Source: the human T2T-CHM13v2.0 reference genome, Homo sapiens. From it: 64,000 bases of DNA. Positions within the stretch are counted from its first letter, which is position 1. Each line of letters opens with the position of its first letter. A program made the position numbers and the translations under genes. The notes under the pieces are model-generated. The model made no database searches and was not told the origin of the DNA. It worked only from the letters and a program-made list of their open reading frames with translations. This document shows, piece after piece, positions 1 through 15,006 of this stretch. The stretch lies in the NCBI RefSeq assembly GCF_009914755.1, contig NC_060931.1; one strand, written 5' to 3'.

Positions 1-239
<239 letters not shown>

Positions 240-475
240 TTAGGGGCTGTGTATTTTTCTTTGAAGATGAGTTCAATTTTGGAAAACAGTAAAGTTTGGC
301 AAATACAGTAGGTGATTAATTGGACAGTATATATAGATTATGCAACATGTTAATAAATGGACTGACTTCCTGTGCAGTTGAAACCAGTTCTTTTGAGGAC
401 ATAGTTGGTGAAGTGCATCCACTGAGAGTTTTGTGTTCTGAGTTTTGCTTTCACTGTTCTTCATGGGCCACTCTC

Positions 476-776
476 TGTTTTTGTTGTTGTTTTGAGACAG
501 TGTCTTGCTCTGTCGCCCAGGCTGTAGTGCAGTGGTGTGATCTCGGCTCACTGTGGCCTCCACCTCCTAGGTTCAAGTAATTCTTTTGCCTCACCTCCTG
601 AGTAGCTGGAACAATAGGCATGCACCACCAAGCCCAGCTAATTTTTTGGTATTTTTAGTAGAGATGGGGATTCGCCATGTTGGCCAGTCAGGTCTCCAAC
701 TCCTGGGCTCACGTGATCCCCCAGCCTCGACATCCCAAAGTGCTGGGATTCCAGGCCTGAGCCACTGTGCCCGGCC
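476..776 (-). mobile_element. Alu (AluS/J-like), full length
   Basis: T-rich tail, then gagacag...gagccactgtgcccggcc; degenerate TSD ctctc(t/a)gtttt. Confidence 0.95.
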
Positions 777-1697
777 TCAGCTCTCAGTTTTAAAACTAAT
801 AACCTACGTTATAGATCTTGAGTTATTTAGTTCTCAGAATGACCTCCAGCTCTTTTGGCTTTTTCCCCTTGGTTTTATAGCAATGCTAGAGACCAGTGTA
901 TGCTATACTTTTGCCTGAAAAGGTCTTAGAGACTTTAGTGACTGGGGAATGGAGAGAATATGGAGAGGCCAGAAGAACCGGGGCTCAAAAGAGCTCTTTG
1001 GAACTTTATCAACCCCTGGGGAAAATGAATACAATATGATTCCTTTCGTTTGTTGACCTCAGTGACATGAAAACAAACAAATTGCCAAGCCTTCTTGAGA
1101 TCCACAGGTCTTCATTTCACACTTAAAATGTGCCCAAAGATTCAACTGTGATGACTTCATAAAGTCTGGGGCTAATCAAATATTTATTATTTTATGACAT
1201 TGGTTCTAAACTTGTTTTCTCACAAAAATGATCCTAACATAGAAAAGATTGCAGGTTTAAATTTAAGTAGTGTTTTGCTCCTGATGGATTAAAGAAAGGA
1301 CTGAGAGGGCGTATTTCAGGATTGGGTAAAATAAAGAGTAGGATGAATAGCAGGAAGTGAAAGAGGCTAAATAAAGATGGGGAAAGACTTCAAAATACAG
1401 ACTAAGAACCTGAGGTTTTACCTGGGAGCATGATGGTACAGAGGAAGGATTTATGGAAAGAACATTCCTTTGCTAATTTAAGGGTTGTCCTAAATGACAC
1501 GGGAAAAGACAAAAAGGGATGAAAATTAGTAGAGAAGTCTATTAGTAGAGAGGGAGGAATGAATCAGCAGAGCACAGAGGAATAGAAGCTATCTGAAGAC
1601 TTTAAATTGAACAGGTAGTTTCACCATTTGACTTTTAGCATTCCAGAAAACTGGGATTCTGCTTTTCTTGAAAGAGCAGATTATGTCAGTAAATAGC

Positions 1698-1822
1698 CTA
1701 GTGATTCAAAAGGTGGCTGCTGACTGTTATCACCTGGAACTTGGTAGAAATGCATGATCTCAGGCCCCTCATTTTAAGGGTCTCAGGTAGTTTCCATGCA
1801 CATTAAGTTTAAGAAGCACTAG
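1698..1822. mobile_element. MER5A-like hAT-Charlie MITE
   Basis: atcacctggaacttggtagaaatgca...caggcccc...catgcacattaagtttaagaagcact resembles MER5A. Confidence 0.6.
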
Positions 1823-1857
1823 GACTGCAATTGGGAAGATGGATTATGATGTTAGAA

Positions 1858-2068
1858 GGACTGAGTCGAGTCCTACCTGTCATAGTCTTTCTTCTAAAGG
1901 TGCCACTGTGGGCAAGTTACTTCATATCATTAAGCCTCAATTTTCTTATTTGCAACACAATGGAAATGTAATACCTACCTCAAAGAGTTATTAGGATGAA
2001 ATGAGGTAGAACTTGTAAAGCTCTTAACATGGTGCTTGGCAAATAAAAAGTAGTCAATAAATGCTAAC
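1858..2068 (+). mobile_element. MIR SINE
   Basis: Core gggcaagttacttc...agcctcaattttcttatttgcaa and 3' end ggtgcttggca...tcaataaatgcta. Confidence 0.8.
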
Positions 2069-2633
2069 AATTGATGTCCCTGACAATGTTGATGTTCCTA
2101 GCAAAGGCCTTGGAAGAATTTAAACTTATGTTGAACTTTACCTTTTTAATTTTCAAAATAATTTTCCTAAAGAAGAAGGATGGAAGAAAGGAAGGAAGGA
2201 AAGTAGAAGAATGGGGAGGGAAAGGAAAGAAGAAAGAAACGTCTAATTCCCTAAAGAAATAGGCATGTTAAAGACACTCCCCAGATAGCTGGATTGTTCC
2301 TTTCCATTTGTGGAAATAATTGGCATTGTTCCCTGGGAGTTCTGCATAAAAAACAGATGAATCAATCTGCCACGGATTGACACCAGCTAAATGAACTCAT
2401 TTAGCTCTCATTTAGTCCAAATGACCCTCTGCTAGTCAGCTAATCAATCTGACAGAAATGCAATGGTCCTCTTCTGGTCTTACTAGCAGCAAAAGCACCA
2501 ATGCTTCTCACCATAGGAACCTGTCATTTGGCACTAGTGACTGTTTTGGATCCTATTATTTCTAGAAGACATTAATACTAAAATTATTTAAGGTGAACAG
2601 TTTAGGGAGAATTGTACCTTATCTAAGCCAGGT

Positions 2634-2919
2634 GTTTTTGTTTTTTGTTTTTGAGACCAAGTCTCTCTGTCTCCTAGGCTAGAGTACAGTGCCACAAGCT
2701 CGGCTCACTGCAACCTCCACCTCCCCGGTTCAAGCAATTCTCCTGCCTCAGCCTCCTGAGTAGCTAGGATTACAGACATGTGCTACCATGCCTGGCTAAT
2801 TTTTCTATTTTCAGTAGAGATGGGGTATCACCATGTTGGTCAGGCTGGTCTCGAACTCCAAACCTCAGGGGATCCACCTATCTCAGCCTCTCAAAGTGCT
2901 GGGATTACAGGCATGAGCC
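2634..2919 (-). mobile_element. Alu (AluS-like), slightly 5'-truncated
   Basis: Alu consensus; flanking repeats taagccaggtgttttt / taagcccgatgttttt. Confidence 0.93.
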
Positions 2920-3129
2920 TAAGCCCGATGTTTTTGAAGGAGTCTATCATTTGACAACAGTTACCTATTTTGAGCAGTCAAACAAATAATTTAAGATAAT
3001 TCCCTGTAATATTAGAGGTCAGAGCTCTATGATTGTTTTCCTCAATGCCAATATAGGAGGTTATCCCTGTGGATTTCAATGTAGTTGATAATCTGATCTA
3101 ACTTGCTATGCCAGCAAAATATCACGGTG

Positions 3130-3495
3130 AATTCCTTTCCTAATGCTGTTCCCTCTGTCTCTGAAAGCCCTTATTCCTTTCATTGTATAGAATTCTTACT
3201 TGTTCCTTAGATTAAGTGTCACCTCCATCAAGACTTTCTCAATTGCCTTAGGCATTAAGTTCATGTGTTTACTTTTATAGTGTCTGGTACCTACTTCTGT
3301 CTTTTACCATGCATTTCTCTGGATAGTCCTGGCTGCTGGTGTGTCTGCCCCCTGCCCCCGACCCCGCTTTCCTGGGATTGTGAGTTCCTCAAAAGCAGAA
3401 ACCACGTCATTCATCTCTGTATTCCTAGCACTTAGCCTAGGGAGCCAGCAGTGGACACCTAATAAGTGGTTGCTGACTAATTCAACAAATGAACT
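3130..3495 (+). mobile_element. L2 3'-end relic
   Basis: atgctgttccctctgtct...gattgtgagttcctcaaaagcagaaaccac...ctgtattcctagcacttagc is a typical L2 tail. Confidence 0.65.
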
Positions 3496-3641
3496 AACAG
3501 CAGGGTTATTGCTTGGATGGTGTTTTAGTTTCCTAGAGCTACTGTAACTAAGTACCACCAACTGGGTGGCTTACACAACAGAAATATATTCTCCTATGGT
3601 TCTAGAGTCAGCAGAGTCATGCTCCCTCTGAATTCTCTAGG

Positions 3642-4682
<1,041 letters not shown>

Positions 4683-5441
4683 CTTGTCTCAGCTTCTGGT
4701 AGCCTGAGGTGTTTTTTGGCTTGTGGCAGCAAATCTTCAATCTCTACCTCAGTCCTCACACGGCTGTCTCCCTTCTCTGTCCAAATTTTTATCTTCTGAG
4801 GACACCAGCCATATTGATTAAGGACCCACCCTACTCCAGTATGATCATGTATTAACTAATTCCATCTGTAATGATGTCATTCCCAAATAAGCTCACATTC
4901 TGAGATACTGAAAGTTAGGGCTTCATCTTTCTGGGGGTACATGTCAACCTAAAACATATAGTAAGGATCTTAGGGGAAATCCCACAGCAGGCATGGTCTA
5001 TGCCTTCCACTCTTATCTTTGTACAATTGAATCCTGATTTAGAATTAAGATCACAGGCAGCTTTAATAAATAGTAGCCAGAAATGGAACATTTCTAGGGA
5101 AAAGAGGTGAAAGTACTGTAGCAGGAAATTCATTAATCTCTGAAGTGGTATAAATGTATTTCTCACCCTGAGCTCCCCTCTAATATTAAATCAATGAAAA
5201 TTAATTAAACTGAAGTCTTTATAATTGTCAGTGGAATGAAATACTATTTATTCTTTACACAGGTTTGACCCAGATATTAGATTCACAGATATTCACTGCT
5301 ATTTCATGTTAACTGAAATTTCTTTGATAATTTACCAAACTGTTGGCAGCTCAAATTCTAATAACTTTGGTATATAACAAGAGAAAAACAGGTTAATTAA
5401 TTCTTGAAAATAGCATGGGAATATATTGAAAAGAATGGTGA

Positions 5442-5607
5442 AGCTGGATGCAGTGGTGCACACCTGTAGACCCAGCTACTTCGGAGGCTGAGGCAGGAGG
5501 ATTGCTTCAGCCCAGGAGGTCAAGGCTACAAATGAGCTGTGGTCCTGCCACTGCACTCTAGCCTGGGTGTCAAAGCAAGACCTTGCCTCAAAATAAAAAA
5601 TAAAAAG
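5442..5607 (+). mobile_element. Free Alu monomer (FRAM/FLAM-like)
   Basis: Single ~150-bp arm with A-rich tail and AluJ-like diagnostics (ggattgcttcagcccaggaggtcaaggct). Confidence 0.85.
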
Positions 5608-5793
5608 ATAAAAGGATAATGAGATGTTGATAGCCTAAGATGCTAGCAGTATGAGTGTTGGCATCAATGGCAGATGACACCCCCTGGGGCAGACATCAGC
5701 CCCTTTGACATTGAACATTGACAGCCTAGCTCTAGTTAGGAGCAACAGAGGATCTTGCAGACCTTGGCAGTGTAACTGCCATGAGGGTCCTAG

Positions 5794-6526
5794 TGAAATG
5801 GGAGAGTTCTCTGGCCCCGCCACAGGAGGTGTGACAGGGGTGTGGTTCTCTGTTCAGCAGCTGCAAGCTTAAACCCCTTACCAGAGAGGTGGCACACAGG
5901 CAGGTGCAGGAACTGGGGTGAGTGTTTTTGAGCTCCAGCCCCACAGCAGCGTCTACGGGTGGGTGTCTCTGACTCCCAAAGCCCAAGTGGACACATGTTA
6001 CAGTGCATTCTTTTAGCCTCACTGTCCAGGATGGCTTAAGGGTTAACCAGCTCAGTGGGCCCTCTGCCTTTTTGCAAAGGCAGGGGGCCAGTGTGACAGC
6101 TTTCTGTATCCTGAGCTCTTGTCCAGCGTGTTGGAAGAATTGAGAAACACACAGACTTGAAGCATGAATGTGGGAGTTTTACTGAGTGGTGGAGGTGGCT
6201 CTCAGCGGGATGAATGGGGAGCTGGACAGGGGATGTAGTGGGAAGATTATCTTCCCCTGGAGTTTGGCCGTCCAGTGGCTGATTCTCTAACTGTCGCCAC
6301 CGGAACTCCTCCAGACATTCCTTCTCTTTCTCTGTGTTGTTCTACTGTTTGTCTCCTTGTCTGCTGCTTCTGGAGTCTGGGGTTTGGAGTTTATGTGGGT
6401 ACAGAATAGGGGGCATGGCAGGCCAAAAGGCAACTTTTTGGGCACAAAAACAAGAATACTTCTCACCTAGGGCCATGGGGATCCAGGCTTGAGGGTGGGG
6501 CCTTTGCTGGAGAACCATCCTCTTCT
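5794..6526 (-). mobile_element. Second LTR1-family solo LTR, inverted, missing ~30 bp of its 5' end
   Basis: Reverse complement is colinear with 3642-4393 (e.g. ggccaaaaggcaactttttgggcacaaaaa vs tttttgtgcccaaaaggttgccttttggcc). Confidence 0.88.
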
Positions 6527-7538
6527 GTAAAACACCACCATACTAAACTAGACCACAGGGGAAGAAATGGCAGACACCAATGGGTAGCAAAGAAATGCTC
6601 ACATAACACACATCAGGAAAGCAAGAGAGAAATGTGAAGAAAAAAAGAATGAGAAAAGGGAAGAGGGGCTTCTGGGAAAATCATGGGTGCATAATATTAG
6701 GGATGATCTCAACAACAGGGTGTAAATGTAATAGAGGTGGCCTTGAGAAGGGCGAGGTTGGGAAGATGTTGGAAGACCTGGCTAAGAAGCCTGTTAGAGG
6801 GTGATAATGAGTAAACAAACTTTTTGTCTAGATAATGGGAAGGGTGTAGGGAATATCTAGCATGGCTCTGATAGGGGTTAGAGGTCTGAAGAGCTGGGTG
6901 TAGAGAAGGGAATGGCTAGGGAATGTTGCAAGGATGTGGCAGGAGGGCTGTGGATATGCTGACCCAAATGTTCATGTAGGCCAGAGGCAGGGCCATGTGT
7001 ACTGCTGTGCAGGTGTAGCCCTGCACTAAACAGCAAGCTGAGCAGGTTGGTGGAGTCTGGAATCCAGTCTGGATGCCTCACACTAAGCTGTGGGCCCAGT
7101 CTCAAGATGGCATCCCCTTGGAAAAAGCAGGGAGGCTTTTTAAAATCCACAAAGCACAATGTGGGCTAGTATAGCTTTGACCAATAGCATTTTTTCTGGT
7201 CACTTTTTGGCCCCTTAGGCACTGATACTGCTTCCATCTTCCCCTCCCATATTTGAAAACAGCTCTCGTTTATCCTCACCCATTCTGTAAAGCCTGTAAG
7301 CCTGTGCTTATTTTTTTTCCTCTTTTTTTAAGAGAGGCGTTCTCACTCTGTCACTCAGGATGGAGTGCAGTGGTGTAACAATGGCTCACTGAAGCCTCAG
7401 CCTCCTGGGCTCAAGCAGTCCTCCTGCCTCTACCTCCTAAGAACTGGATCTAAGTGTGCCACTGTACCCAGCTAATTTTTGTTTTTATTCTAGATGGGGT
7501 CTCGTTATGTTGCCCAGGCTGGTCTCAAGTTCCTGGGC

Positions 7539-8619
7539 TGTTGTGGGAAGTCAGGGACCCTGAACGGAGGGACCAGCTGGAGCCGTGGCAGAGGAACATA
7601 AATTGTGAAGATTTCATGGACATTTATCAGTTCCCAAATAATACTTTCATAATTTCTTATGCCTGTCTTTAATCTCTTAATCCTGTTATCTTCATAAGCT
7701 GAGGATGTACGTCACCTCAGGACCACTGTGATAATTGTGTTAACTGTACAAACTGATTGTAAAACATGTGTGTTTGAACAATATGAAATCAGTGCACCTT
7801 GAAAAAAGAACAGGATAATAGCGATTTTTAGGGAACAAAGACAATCCTAAGGTCTGACTGCCTGCGGGGTTGGGCAAAAAGAGCCATATTTTTCTTCTTG
7901 CAGAGAGCCTATAAATGGACGTGCAAGTAGGAGAGATATTGCTAAATTCTTTTCCTAGCAAGGAATATTAATATTAATACCCTGGGAAAGGAATGCATTC
8001 CTGGCGGGGGAGGTCTATAAACAGCCGCTCTGGGAATGTCTGTCTTATGCGTTTGAGATAAAGACTGAGATATGCGCTGGTCTCCTGCAGTACCCTCAGG
8101 CTGACTAGGGTGGGGAAAAACTCCGCCCTGGTAAATTTGTGGTCAGACCAGTTCTCTGCTCTCAAACCCTGTTTTCTGTTGTTTAAGATGTTTATCACGA
8201 TGATACGTGTACCACTGAACATAGACCCTTATCATTAGTTCTGCTTTTGCCCTTTGCCTTGTGATCTTTGTTGGACCCTTATCAGCGGTTCTGCTTTTGC
8301 CCTTTGTCCTATTCCCTCAGAAGCATGTGATCTTTGTTAGACCCTTATCAGTAGTTCTGCTTTTTGCCCTTTGAAGCATGTGATCTTTGTACCTACTCCC
8401 TGTTCTTACACCCCCTCTCCTTTTGCAACCCTTAATAAAACTTGCTGGTTTTGAGGCTTGGGCGGGCATCACGGTCCTACTGATATGCGATGTCACCCCT
8501 GGTGGCACAGCTGTAAAATTCCTCTCTTTGTACTGTCTCTTTTTATTTCTCAGCCAGCCAACACTTATGGAAAATAGAAAGAAACTACATTGAAATATTG
8601 GAGGCAAATTCCCCCAATA
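7539..8619 (+). mobile_element. MER11 (MER11C-like) solo LTR of HERV-K(HML-8)
   Basis: TGTTGTGGGAAGTCAGGGACCC start, ...CCCCCAATA end, 1081 bp, perfect 6-bp TSD ctgggc, internal tandem units. Confidence 0.93.
8224..8389 (+). repeat. Three ~50-66 bp tandem units inside MER11
   Basis: gacccttatca...gttctgcttttgccctttg...tgtgatctttgt starting at 8224, 8274 and 8340. Confidence 0.9.
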
Positions 8620-9329
8620 CTGGGCTCAAGTGATCTTCCTGCCTTGGCCTCTCACAGTGCTGGGGTTACAGACATGAGACACTGCACCCAAGCTGATTTT
8701 CTCAGTCAGCTTTGATGGAGGTACTTGACATAAACTTAAGAAGGCCTTTGTGCTGTATCTCCATCTCACACTTTCCTATCAGTTACTGCCAAATACTTTC
8801 CTGCCTTAATATCCAGGCCTTGTCTTCTTCATTGATTAGAATTTTCTCAGTGTAAACTTGCATGTTGCCCGGCTTAGTTACTCTCCATTCTGAAGAAGCT
8901 CTGCATAACATGCACCAACAGCTGGCTTACAGGCCTCAATGAGAAGGAACGGTGTTTGAAATCTGTCTCATTTCTTGGGCTAAAGCTTTCTCTTTTGAGT
9001 CTTAGACCCATTGGAGTATTTGTAAAGCTATGAACCCTCCACAAAAGTACACATAATTACACATACATACCATCAGTAGTTTCCAGATTCTGGAAAACTC
9101 TTTCATAGCACTCCCTAAGAAGTTAAGTCCCAGCTCTAGAGACCATTTGAGGCAGTTGTAGACTGTGATATGTTGTTTATTGTTATTAATTTTCCTTTTG
9201 TAGAACTCATAATTTTGAATATAAACAAAAACTTGATGTCACCAAATGTCTATGGCACCTAGAGACATTTGTGCTTACTGTCTCTAGGTGCATAGTAGAG
9301 TATTTTAAGAATACTGTACTATGATTTCT

Positions 9330-9540
9330 CTCTAATCTGTCTCCTGGTCACCAACTATATTCCCTGAATTCATTTTCTTAACTGGTTTATTATAAATGGC
9401 CTCCTCGCTTTTTATCCTCATTCTTACCCTCCTTCATCCCATGTTCCACTTTAGCTTCCAGAGTGATTTTTGTAAAATAAAATTCATGTTATTCCTTGCT
9501 TAAAAACCATTCAAAGACTCTCTGTTGCTTATAGGATGTG
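9330..9540 (+). mobile_element. L2 relic
   Basis: ccagagtgatttttgtaaaa...tcatgttattccttgcttaaaaaccattcaa...ataggat. Confidence 0.6.
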
Positions 9541-9829
9541 GTTATATATTTATGACCACTAATCCTTCATAAATCAGTATGTAAAACTAATCTGTGTATA
9601 AAATCTGTTGTTGCTCCAACTGAGACTACTTGAGCTCTATCAGAGAGAATGTGGGCTGAAAGGGTCTTGGAATTCAATGTAGATTGGGGAAGAACTTGAC
9701 GTGACAAAAACATCAAGCCAGGACAACAAAATGGTCGTGTGTTTCCTAGAACTGCAGTGCCATTGTCTCCGTAGTATAAGCAGCAATGAGCAGCAAACAA
9801 CTGTACCGAAAGAGCAACACAGTGTTGAT

Positions 9830-9990
9830 GGATGGCATTTAGGTGCAAGAATTTATGGGGGAGGTGGGTGGTGGAAGCATGGTGAAGGGGAAGGAGAAGT
9901 GTGACAGTGAAGAAAGAGAGTCACTAAAGTGTATGTTGATGAGGGGTTACTGATGTGGGCAGCTGGACTCTTGTCTGCTGGGGCCTCCAA
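9830..9990 (-). mobile_element. Old ERVL LTR fragment (LTR16-like)
   Basis: gatggcatttaggtgcaagaatttatggggg...gggttactgatgtgggcagctggactc...ctggggcctc. Confidence 0.45.
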
Positions 9991-11716
9991 AAAGAGGTTT
10001 GATTGGTATTTGATTGATTACATTTGATTGGTGTACCTGAAAGTGATGGGGAGAATGGAACCAAGTTAGAAAACACTCTTCAGGATATTATCCAGGAGAA
10101 CTTACCCAACCTAGCAAGACAGGCTGATATTCAAATTCAGGAAATACAGAGACCAGCACAGAGATACTCCTCACGAAAAGCAACACCAAGACACATAATT
10201 GTCAGATTCACCAAGGTTGAAATGAAGGAAAAAATGTTAAGGGCAGCCAGAGACAAAAGTCGGGTTACCCACAAAAGGAAGGCCATCAGACTAAAAGCGG
10301 ATCTCTATGCAGAAATCCTACAATCCAGAAGAGAGTAGGGGCCAATATTCAACATTCTTAAGGAATTTTCAACCCAGAATTTCATATCCAGCCAAATTAA
10401 GCTTCACAAGCAAAGGAGAAATAAAAACATGTATAGACAAGCAAATGCTGAGAGATTTTTGTCACCACCAGGACTGCCTTACAAGAACTCCTGAAGGAAG
10501 CACTAAATATGGAAAGGAAAATCTGGTATCAACCACTGCAAAAACATACCAAATTGTAAGACGATTGATGTTATGAAGAAACTGCATCAACTAACAAACA
10601 AAATAACCAGCTAGCATCATAATGACAGGATCAAATTCACACATAACAATATTAAAGTTAAATGTAAACAAGCTAAATGCCTTAATTAAAAGACACAGAC
10701 TGACAAATTGGATAAAGAGTCAAGAACCATCAGTGTGCTGTATTCAGGAGACCCATCTCATGTGCAAAGACATACACATGCTCAAAATAAAGGGATGGAA
10801 GAATATTTACCAAGCAAATGGAAAGCAAGAACAGCAGGGTTTGCAATCCTAGTCTCTGATAAAACAGACTTTAAACCAACAAAGATCAAAAAAGACAAAG
10901 AAGGGCATTACATAATGGTAAAGGGATCAATGCAACAAGAAGAGCTAACCATCCTAAATATATATGCAACCAATACAGGAGGACCCAGATTAATAAAGCA
11001 AGTACTTCGAAACCCACAAAGAAACCCAGACTGCCACACAATAATAGTGGGAGACTTTAACACCCCACTGTCAATATTAGACAGATCGACAAAACAGAAA
11101 ATTAACAAGGATATTCAGGACTTGAACTCAGCTCTGGACCAAGCAGACCTAATACACATCTACAGAACTCTCCACCCCAAATCAACAGAATATGCATTCT
11201 TCTCAGCACCACATAGCACTTATTCTAAAATTGACCACATAATTGGAAGTAAAACACTCCTCAGTCAATGCAAAAGAACAGAAATCATAACAAACAGTCT
11301 CTCAGACCAGAGTGCAATCTAATTAGAACTCAAGGTTAAGAAACTCACTCAAAACCACACAACTACATGGAAACTGAACAACCTGCTCCCAAATGACTGC
11401 TGGGTAAATAAGGAAATTAAGCCAGAAATAAATAAGTTATTTGAAACCAATGAGAACAAAGATACAATGTACCAGAATCTCTGGGACACAGCTAAAGCAG
11501 TGTGTACAGGAAAATTTATAGCACTAAATACCCACAGGAGAAAGCAGGAAAGATTTAAAATTGACACCCTAACATCACAATTAAAAGAACTAGAGAACCA
11601 AGAGCAAACAAATTCAAATGCTAGCAAAGACAAGAAATAACTAAGATCAGAGCAGAACTGAAGGATACAGAAACATGAAAAACCCTTCAAAAGAAAACAA
11701 AAAACAAAAAACAATT

Positions 11717-12008
<292 letters not shown>

Positions 12009-12025
12009 TCAATGATTACAGAAAC

Positions 12026-12348
12026 TTTTTATTCTTTTATTCTTTCTGTACTTTTTTTTTTTTTTTTTGAGACCCAGTGTCGCTCTGTTGCCCAGGCTAG
12101 AGTGAAACGGCACAATCTCACTCACTGCAACCTCCACCTCCCAGGTTCCAGCAATTCTCCTGCCTCAGCATTCCGAGTAGCTGGGACTACAGGCATGCAC
12201 CACCATGCCCAGCTAATTTTTTGTATTTTTAGTGGAGATGAGGTTTCACCATGTTAGCCAGGATGGTCTCGATCTCCTGACCTCGTGATCCACCTGCCTC
12301 GGTCTCTCAAAGTGCTGGGATTACAGGCATGAGCCACCGTGTCTGGCT
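12026..12348 (-). mobile_element. Alu (AluSc-like)
   Basis: T tail, gttagccaggatggtctcgatctcctgacctcgtgatcc; L1 resumes ggagctggttgtttgaaaag. Confidence 0.93.
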
Positions 12349-13101
12349 GGAGCTGGTTGTTTGAAAAGATTAAGAAAACAGACTACTAGCCAGACAAATA
12401 AAGAAGAAAAGAGAATAATCAAATAGACACAAAAATGATAAAGGGGATATCACCACTGATTTTACAGAAATACAAACTGCCATCAGAGAATACTATAAAT
12501 ACTTATGTGTAAATAAACTGGAAAATCTAGAAGAAATGGATACATTTCTGGACACATACACCCACCCAAGACTAAACCAGAAAGAGGTTGAATCCCTGAA
12601 TAGACCAATAACAGGTTCTGAAATTGAGGCAATAATAGCCTACCAACCAAAAAAAGTCTAGGACCAGACAGATTCACAGCTGAATTCTACCAGAGGTACA
12701 AAGAGGAGCTGGTACTATTCCTTCTGAAACTATTCCAAACAATAGAAAAAGAAGGACTCCTTCCTAACTCATTTTATGATGCCAGCATCATTCTGATACC
12801 AACACCTGGCAGAGACACAACAAAAAAAGAAAATTTCAGGCCAATATACCTGATGAACATGGATATGAAAATCCTCAATAAAATACTGGCAAACTGAATC
12901 CAGCAGCACATCAAAATGCTTATCTACCATGCTCAAGTCGGCTTCATCCCTGGGATGCAAGCCTGGTTCAACATATGCAAATCGATAAACATAATCCATC
13001 ACAAACAGAACCAATGACAAAAACCATGATTATCTCAATAGATGCAGAAAAGACCACTGACAAAATTCAACACCTCTTCATGCTAAAAACTCTCAAACTA
13101 G

Positions 13102-13353
<252 letters not shown>

Positions 13354-13368
13354 TAAGAAAACCCCATC

Positions 13369-13785
<417 letters not shown>

Positions 13786-13951
13786 TGAACTCCCATTCAC
13801 AGCTGCTACAAAGAGAATAAAATACCTAGGAATACAGCTTACAAGGGATGTGAAGGACTTCTTCAAAGAGGACTACAAACCACTGCTCAAGGAAATAAGA
13901 GAGGACACAAACAAATGGAAGAACATTCCACACTCATGGATAGGAAGAATT

Positions 13952-14232
13952 GGCCAGGAGAGGTGGCTCACGCCTGTAATCCCAGCACTTTGGGAGGCTG
14001 AGGTTGGCAGATCACGAAGTCAGGAGTTTGAGATCAGCCTGACCAACATGGTGAAACCCTGTCTCTACTAAAAATATAAAAATTAGTTGGGCATGGTGGT
14101 ATGTGCCTGTAATTCTAGCTACTCAGGAGGTTGAGGCAGGGGAATTGCTTGAACCCGGGAGGTGGGGGTTGCAGTGAGCCAAGATTGTGCCGCTGCACTC
14201 CAGCCTAGGCGACAGAGTGAGATTCAAAAAAA
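13952..14232 (+). mobile_element. Alu (AluSg/Sx-like)
   Basis: TSD ggataggaagaat on both sides. Confidence 0.93.
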
Positions 14233-14720
14233 GGATAGGAAGAATCCATATCATGAAAATGGCCATACTGCCCAAAGTAATTTGTAGATTCAATGTTATC
14301 CCTATCAAGCTACCATTGACTTTCTTCACAGAATTAGAAAAAAACTACTTTAAATTTCATATGGAACCAAAAAAGAGCCTGTATAGCCAAGACAATCCTA
14401 AGCAAAAAGAACACAGGAGGCATCATGCTACCTAAATTCAAAGTACAGTATAAGCCTACAGTAACCAAAACAGCATGGTACTGGTACCAAAACAGATATA
14501 TAGACCAATGGAACAGAACAGAGGCCTCAGAAATAATGCCACACATCTACAACCATCTGATCTTTGACAAACCTGACAAAAACAAGAAATGGGGAAAGGA
14601 TTCCCTATTTAATAAATGGTGCTGGGAAAACTGGCTAGCCACATGCGGAAAGCTGAAACTGGGCCCCTTCCTCACACCTTATTCAAAAATTAACTCAAGA
14701 TAGATTAAAGACTTAAATGT

Positions 14721-15006
<286 letters not shown>

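Larger units (their letters stand above)
7312..8693 (-). mobile_element. AluJ-like element split by MER11 (pieces 7312-7538 and 8620-8693)
   Basis: Alu reads ...ggtctcaagttcctgggc | LTR | ctgggctcaagtgatcttcctgccttggcc... Confidence 0.9.

Noticed and set aside
8224-8389. Repeat-spacer-like array (CRISPR-like)
   Set aside because: Tandem units intrinsic to MER11 with no unique spacers, no cas genes and a eukaryotic context
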